This document shows, one piece after another, positions 9,811 through 17,054 of a DNA stretch of 64,000 bases; the first letter of the stretch is position 1; each line of letters starts with the position of its first letter. The stretch comes from an uncultured Clostridia bacterium. GTDB lineage: Bacteria; Acidobacteriota; Blastocatellia; Chloracidobacteriales; JADJPF01. Both the position numbers and the translations under genes were made by a program. The stretch spans positions 2,181 to 66,180 of the forward strand of contig CAZBMZ010000031.1 of NCBI GenBank assembly GCA_964492845.1, in the 5' to 3' direction. The notes under the pieces were generated by a model. That model worked only from the letters and a program-made list of their open reading frames with translations. It had not been told where the DNA came from and did no database searches.

Positions 9811-12800
9811 TCAGAAGTTAAAAGTAAAAGTATTTGAAACTACGCCATTTATAGTAACTATTACTTGATTAGCTCCTTTTTGCAAATTAAGTTTCTTTTT
9901 ATTTCCTTTTAAGATAATTTGACTATCGGTTTGTACCATAATTTGTTTAGAAACATCTTTGTTATTAATAGTTACCTTTGCTCCAAAAACGGTAAAACCT
10001 GCACCAGTAATTGTTAAATTCGGTTTTTGAAAGCTTGCAGTATTAATCATTACTGCCCTTGGCATAGATATAGACCTAGCAAGACTTTTTACAGCACGAA
10101 CACGCCCATTTTGCAAATCAGCAATTAATAAATTTCCAAGCCTATCTATTGCAACACTAAAAGGTAGATTAAGACTTGCTCTTGTTGCTAGCATTCCATC
10201 ACCACTAAAACCCATCATACCATTACCTACAACACCATTAATTACACCAGTTTGAGCATTTATTTGACGGATAGAATTATTAAAAGCTTCTGCAACGAAT
10301 AAATCACTACTCCCGTCAATAGCCGTGTCTAATGGGAAGTTTAACCCAGCCGTTTGAGCCGGACCACCATTGCCAGGCAGACAATCCCCATCAACTAAAG
10401 GATCACATCCTTTACCAGCAGCTTTAGTAATAATACCTGTATTTGCGTCAATCCTACGCACTAAATTATCAAGCGCGTCCGTGATATAAAGATTGTTAGA
10501 ACCGTCTACAGTTATGCTAACAGGAAAATTAATTCCAGCTTTGGTAGCTAAAGAGCCGTCGCCGCTTGAATTACTGCTACCATTACCACCAATTGTAGTA
10601 ATAACTGCTGTTGCTATGTCTACTTTGCGGATTCGGCTATTAAAAGAGTCGGCAATTAAGATATTTCCATCTAAATCTACAGCTACTGAATTAGGAAAGC
10701 TAAGTTTTGCTTGTGTAGCTTGTCCTCCATCGCCGCTAAAGCCGTCTTCACCTGTTCCAGCAATAGTAGTAATAATGCCATTTCTATCAATTTTACGGAT
10801 TCTATTAGCTTCCCCATCAGCAATTAGAATAATGCCTTGTTTATCAACAGCAATGTCCAAAGGTGAAAGTCTAGCGTTTGTTGCTGCTCCACCATCACCC
10901 AAAGGACAATCAATTTCAGGACAACCAGCAATACTAGTAACTACACCAGTATTAAAATCAACCTTGCGAACTCGACTAGTCAAACGATCAGCAATTAGCA
11001 AATTCCCATCATTATCTAAAGCTATTTCTACAGGCATAAATACTGCACTTGTAGCAACTAATCCATCACCATCAAAATTAGCCTTTCCATTTCCAGCAAT
11101 TGTTGATATTAAACCCGTTTTAGCATCAACCTTGCGGATCCGGTTATTATCTTGATCAGCAATAAATAAATTGCCAAATCCATCTGTAATAGCTTCTGTT
11201 GGTCTGACAGTGCTATTAATTGCTGGAATATTGTCTGTTGTTTGAGTGTCTTGACCATTGCCGGCTACAGTGCTAATCATTCCCGTACTTACATCAATCT
11301 TACGCACTCTACTATTATCTGTATCACTAATAAAAATATTACCTAAGCTGTCCATAGTAGCAAAACTAGGAAAATTTAGACTTGCCCTAGTCGCTAAAAT
11401 TTGATCTCCGTTATAATCAGCATCTCCTGTACCAGCAATGCTAGTAATATTACCTGTTGTGCTATCAACTTTTCGGATCCGGTTATTAAAAGAGTCAGCT
11501 ATTAGCAAATTGCTTTTATCATCCAGAAAAATGCCTATTGGAAAGCTAAGTGAGGCTTGAAGGGCTGGCCCGCCATCGCCGCTAAAATCTGATCTACCAT
11601 TACCTACTACAGTAGTAATTATGTTAGTTGTTATATCAACTCTACGGATTCGATTATTTCCAGAATCAGCAATAAGAATATTGCCCTGTTTATCTACTGT
11701 AACGCTTGTTGGAGTATCTAAAGACGCATTAGTAGCAAGCGCATTATCTCCATCAAATGCAGGAGTTCCATTACCAGCAATAGTAGTAATAATATTAGTA
11801 TTAGCATCTATTCTACGAACTCGATTATTGCTAGTGTCAGCAATAAAAATATTGCCATTGGTGTCAATTGCTACGCTTTGAGGGGAGTTTAAGCTTGCTG
11901 CCGTGGCTGGTGCGCCGTCGCCGCTAAAATCTGGTCGACCACTGCCAGCAATTGTTGTAACAATTCCAGTGTTAACATCAACTCTACGGATACGGTTATT
12001 TAAGTCATCAGCAATAATCATATTGCCAACATCGTCTAAAGCTATGCTTAACGCGCTTAGTGCGACTTCTGGACTAGTTGCTTGTCCTGCATCGCCAAGA
12101 TAAGCAATTCCACCAGCAATAGTAGTAATTTCACCTGTAGCTAGTTCTGCTAGTGGTTTAGGTAAAATAGTAAAACGTTTTTGATCCATTCCTCCGCGAG
12201 TTTGGACAGTCAACGTCCGATCTCCAGCAGACTGTTGACTTGGGACACGAATGCGGATACGACGAGCAGTTTCAACCGTTAAATCTGTAATTAGCTGATC
12301 CCCAAGCACAACTTGGGTGTCAGGAGCAAAATTGCTGCCTGTTATGATAATTTCTTCGCCGCCTTCAATTCGCGCTTGTGGACGGCTTAAATTATCTATT
12401 TTTGGTTTGCCAATAGTAACAACTTTAACTGCTTCATCTTCAGTAGTTGCATTGCTATCTAAAACAAAAGTGCGTGTTCCTTGAACTACTACACTAGTTG
12501 CTTGCCCAAAACTAACGCCAGCTTGAGCTAAAGAAATCATTTGACGTTGTGATTGATTAACAGAGTTTGTAATAACTTTAACTCCTGTTTGATCAACAAC
12601 ATAAATATTTCCCATAGTATCTAAGCTAATTGATTGAAGGTTATCAAAAACAAATTCATTGTCTACAAGAGGAGTGATTGCAGTGTTAGCAATAGGGCCA
12701 ATAGTTTTAACTTCGCCAGTAAAACTAACAGAGCGAATTACATTATTTCCAGCATCAGCAACAAAAATAACTTCGCTTGTGCTACTTGCAAAAAATGAAG

Positions 12801-13743
12801 TTTTTGCAGGATTAACAGACACGCTTACAGGACGACTAAAAAGAGCCGCGCGACCTTGACCATCAGCTTTTCCAGCATTGCCTGGACTACCTGCTAGCAA
12901 ACGAACTTCTTGTTTACCAAAATCAGCTAAATAAATTGCATTATTTCCAGTGTCGGCAATTACTAGATTTCCTCCATTAGCTAAAGCCACGCCTTGAGGA
13001 TTTCTAAAAACAGCTTGAGAAAAAGGAGTTATGTCATTTGACATTGTTCCTATTGAGCCATTACCTAAGACAGAGACTACGTTATTGCTAAAGTCTACTT
13101 TTCTAATGCTATTATTTAGCGTGTCGGCAATGTAGATGCCGCCTTGAGGACGATTATCTACCGCTACTCCAAGCGGGCCTGCAAATTGGGCTTGGGTGCG
13201 TTGTCCATCAAGCTTTCCACGCATTCCTGATTGTCCAGCAAAAACAGTTACATCAGCATTACTACTATCTTTCTTTAAGATTACATGACTATTTGGATCA
13301 CTAATATAAATTGAACCATCTGAGCCAACTTTTGCATCACCTGGAACTTTTCGCCCCTTTGCTTTGTTAACTCGCGCTACCGCAACAAAGTTTGAGACTG
13401 TTCCCATAGAGCTTTGGGCTGTAATAGTTGCATAGCCTTGCTGCAAGCCTGTTACCATACCCGTTTGATCGACAGTTGCAATTTCTGGGCTGTCAGACGT
13501 AAAACTTAAGTTTTGAGTAATTGGACTATTATTATTATCTAGTACAACTAACTTAAGCTGGCTAGCTTCATTAACAACCGGGTTAGGGTCATTATTTGGC
13601 CCAACTAATTTTATTGAAGCTTGTTGAAAAGTAAGACCAAATTTTTTGTGCAATTTATTTTTGTTGGAATAAAGATAAGTATTTTGTGGAGCAAGCAAAC
13701 AAATTATTGTTAGGCAAGAGAAAAGCAATAAAATACGGCTCAT
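9811..13743 (-). CDS. Giant secreted NHL-repeat protein with Big_2 and IPT/TIG domains
   Basis: Signal peptide present. Big_2-like segment (SDSPEIATVDQTGMVTGLQQGYATITAQ) and IPT segments (GGEEIIITGSNFAPDTQVVLG; NLTITGAGFTVFGAKVTIN). More than 20 repeats of the GN..IAD..NNRIRKVD...G.I.T.AG NHL pattern. Confidence 0.85.
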   Translation of the reverse strand: MSRILLLFSCLTIICLLAPQNTYLYSNKNKLHKKFGLTFQQASIKLVGPNNDPNPVVNEASQLKLVVLDNNNSPITQNLSFTSDSPEIATVDQTGMVTGLQQGYATITAQSSMGTVSNFVAVARVNKAKGRKVPGDAKVGSDGSIYISDPNSHVILKKDSSNADVTVFAGQSGMRGKLDGQRTQAQFAGPLGVAVDNRPQGGIYIADTLNNSIRKVDFSNNVVSVLGNGSIGTMSNDITPFSQAVFRNPQGVALANGGNLVIADTGNNAIYLADFGKQEVRLLAGSPGNAGKADGQGRAALFSRPVSVSVNPAKTSFFASSTSEVIFVADAGNNVIRSVSFTGEVKTIGPIANTAITPLVDNEFVFDNLQSISLDTMGNIYVVDQTGVKVITNSVNQSQRQMISLAQAGVSFGQATSVVVQGTRTFVLDSNATTEDEAVKVVTIGKPKIDNLSRPQARIEGGEEIIITGSNFAPDTQVVLGDQLITDLTVETARRIRIRVPSQQSAGDRTLTVQTRGGMDQKRFTILPKPLAELATGEITTIAGGIAYLGDAGQATSPEVALSALSIALDDVGNMIIADDLNNRIRRVDVNTGIVTTIAGSGRPDFSGDGAPATAASLNSPQSVAIDTNGNIFIADTSNNRVRRIDANTNIITTIAGNGTPAFDGDNALATNASLDTPTSVTVDKQGNILIADSGNNRIRRVDITTNIITTVVGNGRSDFSGDGGPALQASLSFPIGIFLDDKSNLLIADSFNNRIRKVDSTTGNITSIAGTGDADYNGDQILATRASLNFPSFATMDSLGNIFISDTDNSRVRKIDVSTGMISTVAGNGQDTQTTDNIPAINSTVRPTEAITDGFGNLFIADQDNNRIRKVDAKTGLISTIAGNGKANFDGDGLVATSAVFMPVEIALDNDGNLLIADRLTSRVRKVDFNTGVVTSIAGCPEIDCPLGDGGAATNARLSPLDIAVDKQGIILIADGEANRIRKIDRNGIITTIAGTGEDGFSGDGGQATQAKLSFPNSVAVDLDGNILIADSFNSRIRKVDIATAVITTIGGNGSSNSSGDGSLATKAGINFPVSITVDGSNNLYITDALDNLVRRIDANTGIITKAAGKGCDPLVDGDCLPGNGGPAQTAGLNFPLDTAIDGSSDLFVAEAFNNSIRQINAQTGVINGVVGNGMMGFSGDGMLATRASLNLPFSVAIDRLGNLLIADLQNGRVRAVKSLARSISMPRAVMINTASFQKPNLTITGAGFTVFGAKVTINNKDVSKQIMVQTDSQIILKGNKKKLNLQKGANQVIVTINGVVSNTFTFNF

Positions 13744-13993
13744 GGTGAGATCCTCAAATAGCTATATTACCTAAGTAATATGTGAAGATTATTAAATTTT
13801 GTATTATGAATTAATAGGTATAAGATTTTACTTATTAAAATCTTTCCTAGTGTATTTATGCTGCTTTATTTTCTCTTTTATTTAAGATTTGTGCAATGTC
13901 TTTAAGCTTATAGATATATTTATCACACTTGGCAAAAAAAAAATCTTAATGTACCCTAAGCAATAAGACATTATTGGATATTAGGTAAAATCC

Positions 13994-14662
13994 ATGACTA
14001 CTTTAGTTAAAGATATAGACAAAAACACTAATTCTATTGATTTGCTAGTACCTGCTAACAGAATGATTTTATATGGAGTTAGTTGGAAAAGTTATGAAAA
14101 TTTACTGGAAGATTTTTCTAGTCAAAGTTGTCCGCATTTGACCTATGATGAAGGAACTTTAGAAATTATGAGTCCAACTTCTGAGCATGAAAGAATTAAA
14201 CATGTTATTGAAATGATTGTAGAACTTTTGTCGCTAGAAATAGGGCTGGATGTTTATTGTTTGGCTTCGACAACTTTTAAGAATAAAGAATTAAAGCGAG
14301 GGTTTGAGCCAGATTCTTGCTTTTATATTCAAAATTTAACTTCTATTGAAGGCAAAGAATCTATAGACTTAAAGATTGATCTACCACCAGATTTAATAAT
14401 TGAAATAGACATAACTAGTCAGTCTATTAATAAATTTCCTATTTATGCTAGCTTAAAAATGCCTGAGATTTGGCGATATGATGGTGAAAAACTTATTATT
14501 TATCAGTTATCTAATGGAGCATATACTGAAGTAATTAGTAGCGTTGCCTTACCATTAATTACTTCTACTGATATTTCAGATTTTATTAAAAAAAATGTTA
14601 ATAAGCGAAGCACCCTCTTAGCAAAAGAAGTAAAAGATTGGGCAAAAAGAATTAATAACTAA
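13994..14662 (+). CDS. Uma2-family (DUF820) PD-(D/E)XK endonuclease
   Basis: Typical Uma2 layout: ...HLTYDEGTLEIMSPTSEHERI..., EPDSCFYIQN, PPDLIIEIDITS, PEIWRYDGEKLIIYQL. Confidence 0.8.
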   Translation: MTTLVKDIDKNTNSIDLLVPANRMILYGVSWKSYENLLEDFSSQSCPHLTYDEGTLEIMSPTSEHERIKHVIEMIVELLSLEIGLDVYCLASTTFKNKELKRGFEPDSCFYIQNLTSIEGKESIDLKIDLPPDLIIEIDITSQSINKFPIYASLKMPEIWRYDGEKLIIYQLSNGAYTEVISSVALPLITSTDISDFIKKNVNKRSTLLAKEVKDWAKRINN

Positions 14663-14703
14663 CAAAATAATCACAACGCTTTAAATTTTTATAGGATAAA
14701 ATT

Positions 14704-15663
14704 GTGGCAAAAAATGACCCAGATGATTATTTAAATTTACATTCAACTAAACAAACAGACGACTTTGCTTTAGGTGAGTCAAATGCTGATGACTTGGAAG
14801 AAAACAAAAATATTTTGCCTAATGCAGTTTATATTGTTCCTTTGGTTGCTGGGTTTGTCATGCTGGTTTTTTTAGCCCTATCGATTTTTGTTTTTAGAGT
14901 CTGGGACGAAACACCTGGCACAATTAACGAAGCGCAAAGTATTCGAGTAAAAGAAGATAATCAACCGATTGTTAGTAAACAGAAAAGTATTAAAACTACA
15001 ACGGAAAATAAAATAAATACACCTTCTCCAATCAACAGTCCAATTAGCAACCCAACACCTTTAGCTAAAACAGAAATAAGTAGTAATTCACCTATTGCAA
15101 CAATACTTGAAAGTGCTTTGCCAGCAGTTGGAATGGTGCTAGTTAAAACTTCTGCAAATAAAATAAGCTCTGGTTCTGGCTTTATGATTACAAATGATGG
15201 ATTGTTTGTTACTAATTGTCATGTTATTGAAGATTGGGAAGAAATAGCCGTTAAACTTAATAATAGCGAAAAAATTTATCTTGTTGATGCTGTTAATTGT
15301 GATACAAAAAAGGACTTAGCCGTTCTGCGTTTTCGAGAAAAGGCAAATTATCCTATTTTAGATTTAGAAGAAAATTTTACTGCTAATTTAGGCGATGACG
15401 TGGTTATTTTAGGCTATCCATTAGGGACTAAACTTGGTGTGGAAGTAACTCTATCTACAGGAATTATAAGCAGCACTCGAAATATTTCTGATGTTAGTAT
15501 GGTACAAACCAATGCAGCAATAAATCATGGAAATTCTGGTGGGCCAATGATTTCACGTCGTAGCGGTAAGGTTATAGGTATAGTTACTGCTAAAGTAAGA
15601 AATAGTGAATCCATTGGGCTAGCAATTAATATTAATGAACTTAAATCCATAGTTAGTAAATAG
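14704..15663 (+). CDS. Membrane-anchored trypsin-like (S1C/HtrA-like, no PDZ) serine protease
   Basis: GTG start with weak AGGA upstream and one TM helix (VYIVPLVAGFVMLVFLALSIFVF). Catalytic triad context: TNCHVIED (His), KKDLAVLRF (Asp), GNSGGPM (Ser). Confidence 0.8.
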   Translation: MAKNDPDDYLNLHSTKQTDDFALGESNADDLEENKNILPNAVYIVPLVAGFVMLVFLALSIFVFRVWDETPGTINEAQSIRVKEDNQPIVSKQKSIKTTTENKINTPSPINSPISNPTPLAKTEISSNSPIATILESALPAVGMVLVKTSANKISSGSGFMITNDGLFVTNCHVIEDWEEIAVKLNNSEKIYLVDAVNCDTKKDLAVLRFREKANYPILDLEENFTANLGDDVVILGYPLGTKLGVEVTLSTGIISSTRNISDVSMVQTNAAINHGNSGGPMISRRSGKVIGIVTAKVRNSESIGLAININELKSIVSK

Positions 15664-15704
15664 CGATAGCCGCCCATTTATGAGTGGCCTATTGTCAAAT
15701 GTCC

Positions 15705-15777
15705 AACATTAAGATGAATTAATGTTTGGCACGTAGTGGCAATTGATAATAGACCCCATAAATGGATAGTTAATGTT
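15705..15777. repeat. Structured intergenic repeat, upstream copy (U), flanking the Rpn gene
   Basis: AACATTAA-6nt-TTAATGTT, then hairpin TTGGCAC-GTA-GTGGCAA (15726..15742), then AATTGATAATAGACC, CCATAAATGG (15756..15765) and TTAATGTT (15770..15777). Homologous to 16941..17015. Confidence 0.6.
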
Positions 15778-15798
15778 AATAACAAGTAGAGAGAGAAA

Positions 15799-16800
15799 AT
15801 GGAAGAAGAAAGATTAGAACAAGATAGCCCATGGAAAGAAGCAATAGAAAAGTATTTTAAGGAGTTTATAGAGTTATTATATCCAGAGCTTTATAAGGAA
15901 ATAGATTGGAAAAAAGGATGGGAATCATTAGATAACGAATTACAACAAGTAGTAAGAGATGCTGAAGTAGGAGCGCATAGAGTGGATAAATTAGTAAAAG
16001 TATGGTTAAAAAATGGAAAACCACAATGGCTACTAGTGCATATAGAAGTACAAGGACAAAAAGAAAAAGAGTTTCCAGAAAGAGTGTTTGTATACAACTA
16101 TAGAACATATGATAAATATAGACAAACAGTGATAAGTTTTGCAGTGCTAATAGATAGCAGTAAAAAATGGAGGCCAAATAGCTTTGGATATGGTTTTTGT
16201 GGAAGCGAAATGAGACTGGATTTTGCTACAATAAAACTGGTAGACTTTGAGCAAAGATTTAATGAGCTAGAATCAAGTACAAACCCATTTGCAATTGTTG
16301 TAATGGCTCAACTTCGCGCTATGTCTACTAGAAAAAATGACCAAGCTCGCTACCAAGCTAAACTTACACTAATAAGAATGCTCTATCAAAAAGGATATAG
16401 CAAAGATGATATATTAGAGTTAATAAGGTTTATAGATTGGCTAATGGTACTGCCTAAATACTTAACGGAGCAAATAAATACTACTATTCTTGAATATGAA
16501 AGGGGAAATTCTATGCCTTATGTTACTTCTTTTGAGCGTTTAGCTACTGAGAAAGGGCTAGAGAAAGGCTTACAACAAGGCTTACAACAAGGCTTACAAC
16601 AAGGCTTACAACAAGGAGAGGTTAATTTATTATTAAAGCAGTTGAAACATAAATTTGGACAAATAGAAGAAACAGTTGAGCAAACAATTAAAGAGCTTTC
16701 TATAGAAAATCTAGAAAATCTGGGAGAAAATTTATTGGGCTTTACTAGTAAAGGAGATTTAGAAAAGTGGCTAGAAGCCAACAAATTAAGTAAACAATAA
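15799..16800 (+). CDS. Rpn-family recombination-promoting nuclease / putative transposase (PD-(D/E)XK) with C-terminal DUF4351
   Basis: N-terminal DSPWKEAIEKYFKEFIELLYP...VDKLVKVW...WLLVHIEVQGQKE...RVFVYNYR is the typical family core. GLEKGLQQGLQQGLQQGLQQGE linker, then a DUF4351-like tail (LLLKQLKHKFGQIEETVEQTIKELSIENLENLGENLL). Confidence 0.8.
   Translation: MEEERLEQDSPWKEAIEKYFKEFIELLYPELYKEIDWKKGWESLDNELQQVVRDAEVGAHRVDKLVKVWLKNGKPQWLLVHIEVQGQKEKEFPERVFVYNYRTYDKYRQTVISFAVLIDSSKKWRPNSFGYGFCGSEMRLDFATIKLVDFEQRFNELESSTNPFAIVVMAQLRAMSTRKNDQARYQAKLTLIRMLYQKGYSKDDILELIRFIDWLMVLPKYLTEQINTTILEYERGNSMPYVTSFERLATEKGLEKGLQQGLQQGLQQGLQQGEVNLLLKQLKHKFGQIEETVEQTIKELSIENLENLGENLLGFTSKGDLEKWLEANKLSKQ
16567..16614 (+). 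repeat. Perfect 12-nt x4 in-frame tandem repeat (GGCTTACAACAA; encodes GLQQ x4)
   Basis: Read directly from the sequence; it lies inside the Rpn gene. Confidence 0.95.
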
Positions 16801-16928
16801 AATTAGCTAAGAGGTAAAGTATAAATTTAGAATATTACACTTAAGTTATATTAAGTAATCAAATTTACTGTTATTATTACTATCTATGGGCAAAAGCCCG
16901 TCTTTAACTATTATCAAAAGTTCTGATG

Positions 16929-17046
16929 GGGCATCAAGTAAATTAATGTTTGCCGCGTAGCGGCAATTAATAAAGACCACCCGTTTATGGGTGGTTAATA
17001 TGGGTGGTTAATGTTTATCATCAAATACCCCAATAGGGCATCAAGT
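16929..17046. repeat. Structured intergenic repeat, downstream copy (D), bracketed by an 11-bp direct repeat
   Basis: GGGCATCAAGT occurs at 16929..16939 and again at 17036..17046. Between them are TTAATGTT, a perfect hairpin TTGCCGC-GTA-GCGGCAA (16950..16966), AATTAATAAAGA, hairpin CCACCC-GTTTAT-GGGTGG (16977..16994), a duplicated GGGTGGTTAAT, and TTAATGTT (17008..17015). Confidence 0.65.
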
Positions 17047-17054
17047 TAAATAAT

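Noticed and set aside
10493-12859. Track ORFs 10493..11155, 11621..11881, 11903..12103 and 12659..12859 on the plus strand
   Set aside because: They lie antisense within the 1310-aa NHL gene. Their translations are low-complexity (L/P/S/A/I-rich) mirror images of the NHL repeat codons, and they have no SD or independent motif.
16518-16784. 88-aa minus-strand ORF with a striking CCKPCCKPCCKPCCKP repeat (looks like a Cys-rich peptide)
   Set aside because: It is simply the reverse complement of the GLQQ x4 repeat inside the well-supported Rpn gene, and it overlaps that gene entirely.
15661-17054. Integron attC-site interpretation of the repeats flanking the Rpn gene
   Set aside because: I could find no GTTRRRY / RYYYAAC core sites, no integrase lies nearby, and the recurring octamer is TTAATGTT instead.
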